Source: Nemertoderma westbladi (taxonomy: Eukaryota; Animalia; Xenacoelomorpha). Taken from it: DNA of 55,546 nt. Each line of letters starts with the position of its first letter. Position 1 is the first letter of the stretch. The notes below the pieces were generated by a model, which was given only the letters and a program-made list of their open reading frames with translations, was not told where the DNA came from and searched no databases. Positions 34,501-48,400 of the stretch are shown here, piece by piece. The stretch lies in contig JAUCBJ010001417.1 of assembly GCA_032718475.1 (NCBI GenBank), forward strand, positions 1-55,546. Direction: 5' to 3'. The position numbers and the translations under genes were made by a program.

Positions 34501-37500
34501 CACTAGTTGCGTACTCCTCACCACTAGTTCCGTACTCCTCCCACTAGTCCCGTACTCGTCCCACTAGTTCCGTACTCTTCCCCACTAGTTTTGTACTCCT
34601 CCCCACTAGTTCTGTACTCCTCCCCACTAGTTCCGTACTCCTCCCCACTAGTTCCGTTCTCCTCCCCACTAGTTCCGTACTCTTCCCAACTAGTTCCGTA
34701 CTCCTCCCAACTAGTTCCGTACTCCTCCCCACTAGTTCCGTACTCCTCCCCACTAGTTCCGTACTCCTCCCCACTAGTTCCGTACTCCTCCCCACTAGTT
34801 CCGTTCTCCTCCCCACTAGTTCCGTACTCTTCCCAACTAGTTCCGTACTCCTCCCAACTAGTTCCGTACTCCTCTCCACTAGTTCCGTACTCCTCCCCAC
34901 TAGTTCCGTACTCCTCCCCACTAGTTCCGTACTCCTCCCCACTAGTTCCGTTCTCCTCCCCACTAGTTCCGTACTCCTCCCCACTAGTTCCGTACTCCTC
35001 CCCACTAGTTCCGTTCTCCTCCCCACTAGTTCCGTACTCTTCCCAACTAGTTCCGTACTCTTCCCAACTAGTTCCGTACTCCTCCCAACTAGTTCCGTAC
35101 TCCTCCCAACTAGTTCCGTACTCCTCCCCACTAGTTCCGTACTCCTCCCAACTAGTTCCGTACTCCTCCCCACTAGTTCCGTACTCCTCCCCACTAGTTC
35201 CGTTCTCCTCCCCACTAGTTGCGTACTCCTCCCCACTAGTTCCGTACTCCTCCCCACTAGTTCCGTACTCCTCCCCACTAGTTCCGTACTCCTCCCAACT
35301 AGTTCCGTACTCCTCCCCACTAGTTCCGTACTCCTCCCAACTAGTTCCGTACTCCTCCCCACTAGTTCCGTACTCCTCCCCACTAGTTCCGTTCTCCTCC
35401 CCACTAGTTCCGTACACTCATCCCCACTAGTTGCGTACTCCTCACCACTAGTTCCGTACTCCTCCCACTAGTCCCGTACTCGTCCCACTAGTTCCGTACT
35501 CTTCCCCACTTGTTCCGTACTCCTCCCCACTAGTTCCGTACTCCTCCCCACTAGTTCCGTACTCCTCCCCACTAGTTCCGTACTCCTCCCCACTAGTTCC
35601 GTACTCCTCCCCACTAGTTCCGTACTCCTCCCCACTAGTTCCGTACTCCTCCCCACTAGTTCCGTTCTCCTCCCCACTAGTTCCGTACACTCATCCCCAC
35701 TAGTTGCGTACTCCTCCCCACTAGTTCCGTTCTCCTCCCCACTAGTTCCGTACACTCATCCCCACTAGTTGCGTACTCCTCCCCACTAGTTCCGTACACT
35801 CATCCCCACTAGTTCCGTTCTCCTCCCCACTAGTTCCGTACACTCATCCCCACTAGTTCCGTACTCCTCACCACTAGTTCCGTACTCCTCACCACTAGTT
35901 CCGTACTCCTCCCACTAGTCCCGTACTCGTCCCACTAGTTCCGTACTCTTCCCCAACTAATTCCGTACTCCTCCCCACTAGTTCCGTACTCCTCCCCACT
36001 AGTTCTGTACTCCTCCCAACTAGTTCCGTACTCCTCCCCACTAGTTCCGTACTCCTCCCCACTAGTGCCGTACTCCTCCCAACTAGTTCCGTACTCCTCC
36101 CCACTAGTTCCGTACTCCTCCCAACTAGTTCCGTACTCTTCCCAACTAGTTCCGTACTCCTCCCAACTAGTTCCGTACTCCTCCCAACTAGTTCCGTACT
36201 CCTCCCCACTAGTTCCGTACTCCTCCCAACTAGTTCCGTACTCCTCCCCACTAGTTCCGTACTCCTCCCCACTAGTTCCGTTCTCCTCCCCACTAGTTCC
36301 GTACACTCATCCCCACTAGTTGCGTACTCCTCACCACTAGTTCCGTACTCCTCCCACTAGTCCCGTACTCGTCCCACTAGTTCCGTACTCTTCCCCACTA
36401 GTTCCGTACTCCTCCCCACTAGTTCCGTACTCCTCCCCACTAGTTCCGTACTCCTCCCCACTAGTTCCGTTCTCCTCCCCACTAGTTCCGTACTCTTCCC
36501 AACTAGTTCCGTACTCCTCCCAACTAGTTCCGTACTCCTCCCCACTAGTTCCGTACTCCTCCCCACTAGTTCCGTACTCCTCCCCACTAGTTCCGTACTC
36601 CTCCCCACTAGTTCCGTTCTCCTCCCCACTAGTTCCGTACTCTTCCCAACTAGTTCCGTACTCCTCCCAACTAGTTCCGTACTCCTCCCCACTAGTTCCG
36701 TACTCCTCCCCACTAGTTCCGTACTCCTCCCCACTAGTTCCGTACTCCTCCCCACTAGTTCCGTTCTCCTCCCCACTAGTTCCGTACTCCTCCCCACTAG
36801 TTCCGTACTCCTCCCCACTAGTTCCGTTCTCCTCCCCACTAGTTCCGTACTCTTCCCAACTAATTCTGTACTCTTCCCAACTAGTTCCGTACTCCTCCCA
36901 ACTAGTTCCGTACTCCTCCCAACTAGTTCCGTACTCCTCCCCACTAGTTCCGTACTCCTCCCAACTAGTTCCGTACTCCTCCCCACTAGTTCCGTACTCC
37001 TCCCCACTAGTTCCGTTCTCCTCCCCACTAGTTGCGTACTCCTCCCCACTAGTTCCGTACTCCTCCCCACTAGTTCCGTACTCCTCCCCACTAGTTCCGT
37101 ACTCCTCCCAACTAGTTCCGTACTCCTCACCACTAGTTCCGTACTCCTCACCACTAGTTCCGTACTCCTCCCACTAGTCCCGTACTCTTCCCACTAGTTC
37201 CGTACTCTTCCCCAACTAATTCCGTACTCCTCCCCACTAGTTCCGTACTCCTCCCCACTAGTTCTGTACTCCTCCCAACTAGTTCCGCACTCCTCCCCAC
37301 TAGTTCCGTACTCCTCCCCACTTGTGCCGTACTCCTCCCAACTAGTTCCGTACTCCTCCCCACTAGTTCCGTACTCCTCCCAACTAGTTCCGTACTCTTC
37401 CCAACTAGTTCCGTACTCCTCCCAACTAGTTCCGTACTCCTCCCAACTAGTTCCGTACTCCTCCCCACTAGTTCCGTACTCCTCCCAACTAGTTCCGTAC

Positions 37501-40500
37501 TCCTCCCCACTAGTTCCGTACTCCTCCCCACTAGTTCCGTTCTCCTCCCCACTAGTTCCGTACACTCATCCCCACTAGTTGCGTACTCCTCACCACTAGT
37601 TCCGTACTCCTCCCACTAGTCCCGTACTCGTCCCACTAGTTCCGTACTCTTCCCCACTAGTTTTGTACTCCTCCCCACTAGTTCTGTACTCCTCCCCACT
37701 AGTTCCGTACTCCTCCCCACTAGTTCCGTTCTCCTCCCCACTAGTTCCGTACTCTTCCCAACTAGTTCCGTACTCCTCCCAACTAGTTCCGTACTCCTCC
37801 CCACTAGTTCCGTACTCCTCCCCACTAGTTCCGTACTCCTCCCCACTTGTTCCGTACTCCTCCCCACTAGTTCCGTTCTCCTCCCCACTAGTTCCGTACT
37901 CTTCCCAACTAGTTCCGTACTCCTCCCAACTAGTTCCGTACTCCTCTCCACTAGTTCCGTACTCCTCCCCACTAGTTCCGTACTCCTCCCCACTAGTTCC
38001 GTACTCCTCCCCACTAGTTCCGTTCTCCTCCCCACTAGTTCCGTACTCCTCCCCACTAGTTCCGTACTCCTCCCCACTAGTTCCGTTCTCCTCCCCACTA
38101 GTTCCGTACTCTTCCCAACTAGTTCCGTACTCTTCCCAACTAGTTCCGTACTCCTCCCAACTAGTTCCGTACTCCTCCCAACTAGTTCCGTACTCCTCCC
38201 CACTAGTTCCGTACTCCTCCCAACTAGTTCCGTACTCCTCCCCACTAGTTCCGTACTCCTCCCCACTAGTTCCGTTCTCCTCCCCACTAGTTGCGTACTC
38301 CTCCCCACTAGTTCCGTACTCCTCCCCACTAGTTCCGTACTCCTCCCCACTAGTTCCGTACTCCTCCCAACTAGTTCCGTACTCCTCCCCACTAGTTCCG
38401 TACTCCTCCCAACTAGTTCCGTACTCCTCCCCACTAGTTCCGTACTCCTCCCCACTAGTTCCGTTCTCCTCCCCACTAGTTCCGTACACTCATCCCCACT
38501 AGTTGCGTACTCCTCACCACTAGTTCCGTACTCCTCCCACTAGTCCCGTACTCGTCCCACTAGTTCCGTACTCTTCCCCACTTGTTCCGTACTCCTCCCC
38601 ACTAGTTCCGTACTCCTCCCCACTAGTTCCGTACTCCTCCCCACTAGTTCCGTACTCCTCCCCACTAGTTCCGTTCTCCTCCCCACTAGTTCCGTACACT
38701 CATCCCCACTAGTTGCGTACTCCTCCCCACTAGTTCCGTACACTCATCCCCACTAGTTCCGTTCTCCTCCCCACTAGTTCCGAACACTCATCCCCACTAG
38801 TTCCGTACTCCTCACCACTAGTACCGTACTCCTCCCCACTAGTTCCGTTCTCCTCCCCACTAGTTCCGTACTCCTCCCCACTAGTTCCGTTCTCCTCCCC
38901 ACTAGTTCCGTACACTCATCCCCACTAGTTGCTTACTCCTCACCACTAGTTCCGTACTCCTCCCACTAGTCCCGTACTCGTCCCACTAGTTCCGTACTCT
39001 TCCCCACTAGTTCCGTACTCCTCCCCACTAGTTCCGTACTCCTCCCCACTAGTTCCGTTCTCCTCCCAACTAGTTCCGTACTCTTCCCAAATAGTTCCGT
39101 ACTCCTCCCAACTAGTTCCGTACTCCTCCCAACTAGTTCCGTACTCCTCCCCACTAGTTCCGTACTCCTCCCAACTAGTTCCGTACTCCTCCCCACTAGT
39201 TCCGTACTCCTCCCCACTAGTTCCGTACTCCTCCCCACTAGTTCCGTTCTCCTCCCCACTAGTTCCGTACACTCATCCCCACTAGTTGCGTACTCCTCAC
39301 CACTAGTTCCGTACTCCTCCCCACTAGTTCCGTACTCCTCCCCACTAGTTCCGTACTCCTCCCCACTAGTTCCGTTCTCCTCCCCACTAGTTCCGTACAC
39401 TCATCCCCACTAGTTGCGTACTCCTCCCCACTAGTTCCGTACACTCATCCCCACTAGTTCCGTACTCCTACCCACTAGTTCCGTACTCCTCCCCACTAGT
39501 TCCGTACTCCTCCCCACTAGTTCCGTTCTCCTCCCCACTAGTTCCGTACACTCATCCCCACTAGTTGCGTACTCTTCCCAACTAGTTCCGAACACTCATC
39601 CCCACTAGTTCCGTACTCCTCACCACTAGTTCCGTACTCCTCCCCACTAGTTCCGTACTCCTCCCCACTAGTTCCGTTCTCCTCCCCACTAGTTCCGTAC
39701 ACTCATCCCCACTAGTTGCGTACTCTTCCCAACTAGTTCCGTACACTCATCCCCACTAGTTCCGTACTCCTACCCACTAGTTCCGTACTCCTCCCCACTA
39801 GTTCCGTACTCCTCCCCACTAGTTCCGTTCTCCTCCCCACTAGTTCCGTACACTCATCCCCACTAGTTGCGTACTCTTCCCAACTAGTTCCGAACACTCA
39901 TCCCCACTAGTTCCGTACTCCTACCCACTAGTTCCGTACTCCTCCCCACTAGTTCCGTACTCCTCCCCACTAGTTCCGTTCTCCTCCCCACTAGTTCCGT
40001 ACACTCATCCCCACTAGTTGCGTACTCTTCCCAACTAGTTCCGAACACTCATCCCCACTAGTTCCGTACTCCTCCCAACTAGTTCCGTACTCCTCCCCAC
40101 TAGTCCCGTACTCCTCCCAACTAGTACCGTACTCCTCCCCACTAGTTCCGTTCTCCTCCCCACTAGTTCCGTACTCCTCCCCACTAGTTCCGTTCTCCTC
40201 CCCACTAGTTCCGTACACTCATCCCCACTAGTTGCTTACTCCTCACCACTAGTTCCGTACTCCTCCCACTAGTCCCGTACTCGTCCCACTAGTTCCGTAC
40301 TCTTCCCCACTAGTTCCGTACTCCTCCCCACTAGTTCCGTACTCCTCCCCACTAGTTCCGTTCTTCTCCCAACTAGTTCCGTACTCTTCCCAAATAGTTC
40401 CGTACTCCTCCCAACTAGTTCCGTACTCCTCCCCACTAGTTCCGTACTCCTCCCAACTAGTTCCGTACTTCTCCCAACTAGTTCCGTACTTCTCCCAACT

Positions 40501-43500
40501 AGTTCCGTACTCCTCCCCACTAGTTCCGTACACTCATCCCCACTAGTTGCTTACTCCTCACCACTAGTTCCGTACTCCTCCCACTAGTCCCGTACTCGTC
40601 CCACTAGTTCCGTTCTCTACCCCACTAGTTCCGTACTCCTCCCCACTAGTTCCGTTCTCCTCCCCACTAGTTCCGTACTCTTCCCAACTAGTTCCGTACT
40701 CCTCCCAACTAGTTCCGTACTCCTCCCCACTAGTTCCGTACTCCTCCCAACTAGTTCCGTACTTCTCCCAACTAGTTCCGTACTCCTCCCCACTAGTTCC
40801 GTACTCCTCCCAACTAGTTCCGTACTCCTCCCCACTAGTTCCGTACTCCTCCCCACTAGTTCCGTACTCCTCCCCACTAGTTCCGTTCTCCTCCCCACTA
40901 GTTCCGTACATTCATCCCCACTAGTTGCGTACTCCTCACCACTAGTTCCGTACTCCTCCCACTAGTTCCGTACTCTTCCCCACTAGTTCCGTACTCCTCC
41001 CCACTAGTTCCGTTCTCCTCCCCACTAGTTCCGTACTCCTCCCCACTAGTTCCGTTCTCCTCCCCACTAGTTCCGTACACTCATCCCCACTAGTTGCGTA
41101 CTCCTCACCACTAGTTCCGTACTCCTCCCACTAGTCCCGTACTCGTCCCACTAGTTCCGTACTCCTCCCCACTAGTTCCGTACTCCTCCCCACTAGTTCC
41201 ATACACTCATCCCCACTAGTTCCGTACTCCTCCCCACTAGTTCCGTTCTCCTCCCCACTAGTTCCGTACTCCTCCCACTAGTTCCGTACTCTTCCCCACT
41301 AGTTCCGTACTGCTCCCCACTAGTTCCGTACTCTTCCCCACTAGTTCCGTTCTCCTCCCCACTAGTTCCGTACTCCTCCCCACTAGTTCCGTACTCCTCC
41401 CCACTAGTTCCGTACACCTCCCCACTAGTTCCGTACTCCTCCCAACTAGTTCCGTACTCCTCCCCACTAGTTCCGTACTCCTCCCCACTAGTTCCATACA
41501 CTCATCCCCACTAGTTCCGTACTCCTCCCCACTAGTTCCGCACTCCTCCCCACTAGTTCCGAACTCCTACCCACTAGCTCCGTACTCCTCCCCACTAGTT
41601 CCGTACTCCTCCCCACTAGTTCCGTACTCCTCCCCACTAGTTCCGTACTCGTCCCCACTAGTTCCGTACTCCTCCCCACTAGTTCCGTACTCCTCCCCAC
41701 TAGTTCCGTACTCCTCCCAACTAGTTCCGTACTCCTCCCCACTAGTTCCGTACTCCTCCCCACTAGTTACGTTCTCCTCCCCACTAGTTACGTACTCCTC
41801 CCCAACTAATTCCGTACTCCTCCCCACTAGTTCCGTACTCCTCCCCACTAGTTCTGTACTCCTCCCAACTAGTTCCGTACTCCTCCCCACTAGTTCCGTA
41901 CTCCTCCCCACTAGTTCCGTACTCCTCCCAACTAGTTCCGTACTCCTCCCCACTAGTTGCGTACTCCTCACCACTAGTTCCGTACTCCTCCCCACTAGTT
42001 CCGTACACCTCCCCACTAGTTCCGTACTCCTCCCCACTAGTTCCGTACTCCTCCCAACTAGTTCCGTACTCTTCCCAACTAGTTCCGTACTCCTCCCAAC
42101 TAGTTCCGTACTCCTCCCAACTAGTTCCGTACTCCTCCCCACTAGTTCCGTACTCCTCCCAACTAGTTTCGTACTCCTCCCCACTAGTTCCGTACTCCTC
42201 CCCACTAGTTCCGTTCTCCTCCCCACTAGTTCCGTACTCCTCCCCACTAGTTCCGTACACTCATCCCCACTAGTTGCGTACTCATCACCACTAGTTCCGT
42301 ACTCCTCCCACTAGTCCCGTACTCGTCCCACTAGTTCCGTACTCTTCCCCACTATTTCCGTACTCCTCCCCACTAGTTCCGTACTCCTCCCCACTAGTTC
42401 CGTACTCCTCCCCACTAGTTCCGTACTCCTCCCCACTAGTTCCGTTCTCCTCCCCACTAGTTCCGTACACTCATCCCCACTAGTTGCGTACTCCTCACCA
42501 CTAGTTCCGTACTCCTCCCACTAGTCCCGTACTCGTCCCACTAGTTCCGTACTCTTCCCCAACTAATTCCGTACTCCTCCCCACTAGTTCCGTACTCCTC
42601 CCCACTAGTTCTGTACTCCTCCCAACTAGTTCCGTACTCCTCCCCACTAGTTCCGTACTCCTCCCCACTAGTGCCGTACTCCTCCCCACTAGTTCCGTAC
42701 TCCTCCCCACTAGTGCCGTACTCCTCCCAACTAGTTCCGTACTCCTCCCCACTAGTTCTGTACTCCTCCCAACTAGTTCCGTACTCCTCCCCACTAGTTC
42801 CGTACTCCTCCCAACTAGTTCCGTACTCCTCCCACTAGTCCCGTACTCCTCCCCACTAGTTCCGTACTCCTCCCAACTAGTTCCGTACTCCTCCCCACTA
42901 GTTCCGTACTCCTCCGAACTAGTTCCGTACTCCTCCCAACTAGTTCCGTACTCCTCCCAACTAGTTCCGTACTCCTCCCCACTAGTTCCGTACTCCTCCG
43001 AACTAGTTCCGTACTCCTCCCCACTAGTTCCGTACTCCTCCCCACTAGTTCCGTACACTCATCCCCACTAGTTGCGTACTCCTCACCACTAGTTCCGTAC
43101 TCCTCCCCACTAGTTCCGTACTCCTCCCCACTAGTTCCGTTCTCCTCCCCACTAGTTCCGTACACTCATCCCCACTAGTTGCGTACTCCTCACCACTAGT
43201 TCCGTACTCCTCCCACCAGTTCCGTACTCTTCCCGACTAGTTCCGTACTCCTCCCCACTAGTTCCGTTATCCTCCCCACTAGTTCCGTACTCCTCCCCAC
43301 TAGTTCCGTTCTCCTCCCCACTAGTTCCGTACACTCATCCCCACTAGTTCCGTACTCCTCCCCACTAGTTCCGTTCTCCTCCTCACTAGTTCCGTACTCC
43401 TCCCCACTAGTTCCGTACACCTCCCCACTAGTTGCGTACTCCTCACCACTAGTTCCGTACTCCTCCCACTAGTCCCGTACTCGTCCCACTAGTTCCGTAC

Positions 43501-45132
43501 TCTTCCCCACTAGTTCCGTACTCTTCCCCACTAGTTCCGTACTCCTCCTCACTAGTTCCGTTCTCCTCCCAACTAGTTCCGTACTCTTCCCAAATAGTTC
43601 CGTACTCCTCCCAACTAGTTCCGTACTCCTCCCAACTAGTTCCGTACTCCTCCCCACTAGTTCCGTACTCCTCCCAACTAGTCCCGTACTCCTCCCCACT
43701 AGTTCCGTACTCCCCCCCACTAGTTCCGTTCTCCTCCCCACTAGTTCCGTACACTCATCCCCACTAGTTGCGTACTCCTCACCACTAGTTCCGTACTCCT
43801 CCCACTTGTTCCGTACTCTTCCCCACTAGTTCCGTACTCCTCCCCACTAGTTCCGTTCTCCTCCCCACTAGTTCCGTACTCCTCCCCACTAGTTCCGTTC
43901 TCCTCCCCACTAGTTCCGTACACTCATCCCCACTAGTTGCGTACTCCTCACCACTAGTTCCGTACTCCTCCCACTTGTTCCGTACTCCTCCCCACTAGTT
44001 CCGTTCTCCTCCCAACTAGTTCCGTACTCTTCCCAAATAGTTCCGTACTCCTCCCAACTAGTTCCGTACTCCTCCCAACTAGTTCCGTACTCCTCCCCAC
44101 TAGTTCCGTACTCCTCCCCACTAGTTCCGTACTCTTCCCCACTAGTTCCGTACTCCTCCCCACTAGTTCCGTACTCCTCCCCACTAGTTCCGTTCTCCTC
44201 CCCACTAGTTCCGTACTCCTCCCTACTAGTTCCGTTCTCCTCCCCACTAGTTCCGTACACTCATCCCCACTAGTTGCGTACTCCTCACCACTAGTTCCGT
44301 ACTCCTCCCACTTGTTCCGTACTCCTCCCCACTAGTTCCGTTCTCCTCCCAACTAGTTCCGTACTCTTCCCAAATAGTTCCGTACTCCTCCCAACTAGTT
44401 CCGTACTCCTCCCAACTAGTTCCGTACTCCTCCCCACTAGTTCCGTACTCCTCCCCACTAGTTCCGTACTCTTCCCCACTAGTTCCGTACTCCTCCCCAC
44501 TAGTTCCGTACTCCTCCCCACTAGTTCCGTACTCCTCCCCACTAGTTCCGTACTCTTCCCCACTAGTTCCGTACTCCTCCCCACTAGTTCCGTTCTCCTC
44601 CCCACTAGTTCCGTACTCCTCCCCACTAGTTCCGTTCTCCTCCCCACTAGTTCCGTACTCCTCCCCACTAGTTCCGTTCTCCTCCCCACTAGTTCCGTAC
44701 ACTCATCCCCACTAGTTGCGTACTCCTCACCACTAGTTCCGTACTCCTCCCCACTAGTTCCGTACTCCTCCCCACTAGTTCCGTACTCTTCCCCACTAGT
44801 TCCGTACTCCTCCCCACTAGTTCCGTACTCCTCCCCACTAGTTCCGTACTCCTCCCCACTAGTTCCGTTCTCCTCCCCACTAGTTCCGTACTCCTCCCCA
44901 CTAGTTCCGTACTCCTCCCCACTAGTTCCGTACTCTTCCCCACTAGTTCCGTACTCCTCCCCACTAGTTCCGTACTCCTCCCCACTAGTTCCGTACTCCT
45001 CCCCACTAGTTCCGTACTCCTCCCCACTAGTTCCGTTCTCCTCCCCACTAGTTCCGTACTCCTCCCCACTAGTTCCGTACTCCTCCCCACTAGTTCCGTA
45101 CTCTTCCCCACTAGTTCCGTACTCCTCCCCAC
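31543..45132. repeat. 21-bp satellite array, segment 2, with kb-scale higher-order duplications
   Basis: Continuous units; identical variant strings recur at offsets 923, 3072 and 3995 bp. Confidence 0.99.
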
Positions 45133-45412
45133 TGTTATATCCCAATGTCATAACCCTAGAAACACTAGAGCTATAACATGGCTCGCCCCATATATATATA
45201 TATATATATAGACCTATACCTGGTGATGGAGTACCGTATTAATTAGGCCTATTAGCGCTATAGACAGCGCGGTGTCTGACATCATGATACTGTGATATAC
45301 TGATATATTATTACGATACTAATAATACGGACATATTACATATTATTATGATATTATGTTTTATATTATATCTGACCGCCTCGTTCATCAACCCGCGGTC
45401 CAAGACATAACA
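45133..45412 (+). repeat. 5' LTR of element B (280 bp)
   Basis: Matches the 3' LTR except 3 substitutions and one extra TA unit. Confidence 0.97.
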
Positions 45413-45424
45413 TGGCGCAGTGAT
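45413..45424 (+). promoter_or_regulatory. Primer-binding site of element B (probably tRNA-Ser)
   Basis: TGGCGCAGTGAT directly after the 5' LTR. Confidence 0.7.
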
Positions 45425-45453
45425 TGATTGAACCTCGATAAACAGATAAAACC

Positions 45454-48400
45454 ATGGCCGCCATTGAACAAACTTCTTGGTTGGAGCTAACACCAGAGGA
45501 TATCGATAAACTGGACAGGAGTAGCCTTATTACACACTGCAAATATGCAGAGATCCAGTTCGACACCAGGACGGCGACAGTAACGCTGCGTCATCGACTG
45601 CTCAAACTCATAACGGGGGAAGGTACCGGTACTACTACGCCGCACCCGGTACCTCCCGCCCAATTCGATATCGCTCAACTCATCGCTCAGCTCCGTTATG
45701 AACAACGGGACGCACAACGCGAACAACGGGAAGCCCAACGAGAAGTTCAGCGCGAACAAAGAGAGGAGGAACGGGAATTACGTTTATTACAACTCCTACA
45801 ACCACGGGGTGCTGATACAACGACGACGGAACAGCATCCTGGACGCCATAACCACGGACATAACGTTAGTTCCAGTGCTAAACTAATTGTCCAATCACCC
45901 CCAAACCTAGATATAGACTTTAATTATCAGCGTTTTAAACGCTGGGAAGTACAGTGGCGTAACTACGTTCGTGCCGTTAGACTCGACGAAAAACCACGAG
46001 AAGAACAGATATCTGTGTTTTTCTCTTACTGTTCCCCAGAATTCCTCAACCATATCCGTTATAGACTCGGAATATCCACCGAAACGGAAAAATCGGCGTC
46101 GGAAGTCCTGGAAGATATACGGGTTTATCTTCGCGCCGAGCAGAATGTAGTTGTGGATCGCCATAAACTGGTTCAACTACAGCAAGAACAGGGTCAGAAT
46201 TTCGACGATTATTACGTTCGCCTCTGCGAGATGGCCGAGGACGCCGAGCTTGAATCAATGACCAGGGACGACTGGTTAAACACCCTTCTGATCCGAGGAA
46301 TTCGGGACGATGAAACCCGGGAAGAATTATTCTCTAAACGTCCGCCAATGAATCGCCAAGAAACTGTCGACTTTTGTCGATCCCGCGAGATTGCAATTCG
46401 TGACACTCAACTCCTTAAACAGCGCCGTATTAGCGGAATACAGCAACCTACCGGTACCACAGACAACCGACAAGGAAGGAGTAAGTCGAAGTCGCGATAT
46501 AAGAGCGGTTATAAACGTTCTAAGGAAGAAATCCAAACCCGATCTCCTTCGGCCGCTCGAATTCGGGATGCAATGGCTAAAGCCAAAGCAAAGGGTGAAT
46601 GTATATACTGTGGTGGGAATTTTCCACATAGAGGCGGTGACTATTGCAAAGCGGCTGATAAAACTTGCCGTAATTGTAATATAAAAGGGCATTACGCATC
46701 ACAATGCGTCGCGGCAAAATACAAAAAACGTCCGCAAAACACTAGTGTAATCCGCATAGCGGATATCCATGGGTATACAGCCGCACACCGGAAACCGCTG
46801 GTTCCCATTGATTTTTATTTGGAGGGGGAATACGTTGGAAACACTACGTGTATTGCTGACACGGGGGCTCAAGTTATTGCTGCGGGCTCAGACATTCTAT
46901 ACGAATGGGCCCTGCCTGAGGGCGAAGGGGGTAAAATTGTGCCCCCAGACTGCCCATTGTTAAATGCCAATGGCGGAACTATATCTTGTGAAGGGATGAT
47001 TTATATGGAATTATCGGTTGGGAATGAAACCCATGGGGATTGGATTTATCTTTGTCCAGACCTTTTCAAAGATATATACTTATCTCTCCCTGCCTGTAAG
47101 GGGCTTGGGATTGTTCACCCAGAATTTCCCACCCCTCTTCATCTGGTAAGTGGGTGGAGAGAAACTTCTATAAATGTAATCCCTTGTAATCCCTCAAAAT
47201 CCCCAAATAAAATCCCGAACATAATATCAGCTGTACCTATAGAATATACTGTTATTCCAAAACCAATAAATAATATCCCAAACTTAATCTCAGCTGTACC
47301 TGTAGTTCATAATGATACCAATGTAAAAAATATTAAACAAGAACTTCTGGTGGAATTCCAGGATGTTTTTGCTAGTGGTGGTCCATTACGGACAATGACC
47401 GGGCCTCCCATGGAGATTGAGTTAAGGGACAATGCCCAACCATTTTGTATCCATGCAGCGCGGTCTATACCTTTCCCCTACAGGGAGAAAGCCCGATTGG
47501 AACTCATCGCCATGGAGACGCAGGGAATTATAGAACGGGTAGGGGATCGCCCTACTTTATGGTGCCACCCGATTGTGGTTTGCCCAAAGCCGAATTCCCC
47601 AGGAGAAATTCGCATGACTTTGGACCTCACTAAATTGAATTCCCAGGTCCACCGAACTACTCACAATTCCCGCACTCCATATGACGTAGTATCTGATCGA
47701 ACACCGGGGGCGCAAATATTTACAGTTCTAGACGCCAGGAAGGGGTACTGGCAGGTGGAACTTGCGGAATCCTCTCGGGATTATACGACTTTCATCACTC
47801 CATGGGGACGTTTTAGATATCGACGGGCTCCAATGGGGTTCATATCTACAGGCGATAGCTATAACTACCGTGGAGACATGGCACTCCAAGGGGTGCCACA
47901 GGTACATAAAGTGGTGGATGATATACTCATCCAGGACACTAACCTCACTGACCACATCCAGCGGGTTCGGACCATCCTTCAGAAATGCCGCGAGGCAGGG
48001 ATTACATTACATCCCTCAAAATGGCAATTCGCCCAACCCTGTGTAAAATTCGCCGGGTTTATTGTGTCTGGTGCAGGAACCGAAGCAGACCCTAATAAAC
48101 TCAAAGCAATAGCTGGCTATCCAACCCCTCTCAATATTACGGATCTTCGCAGCTTTATGGGCCTTGTGAACCAGTTAGGCCATTTTTCCAGCGAAATAAG
48201 CACATATGCAGCACCTCTCCGGGACTTATTGCGCACCCGTAATACTTTCATGTGGACCCCCAACCACCAAGATGCATTCCTGAAGGTGAAAAATGCATTG
48301 GTGCAACCACCAATCCTTGCACCATTTAATCTACAGGCAGAGACCAAGCTGGAAACAGATGCTAGCCGTCTGCATGGTTTCGGCTTCGATCTTCTACAGC

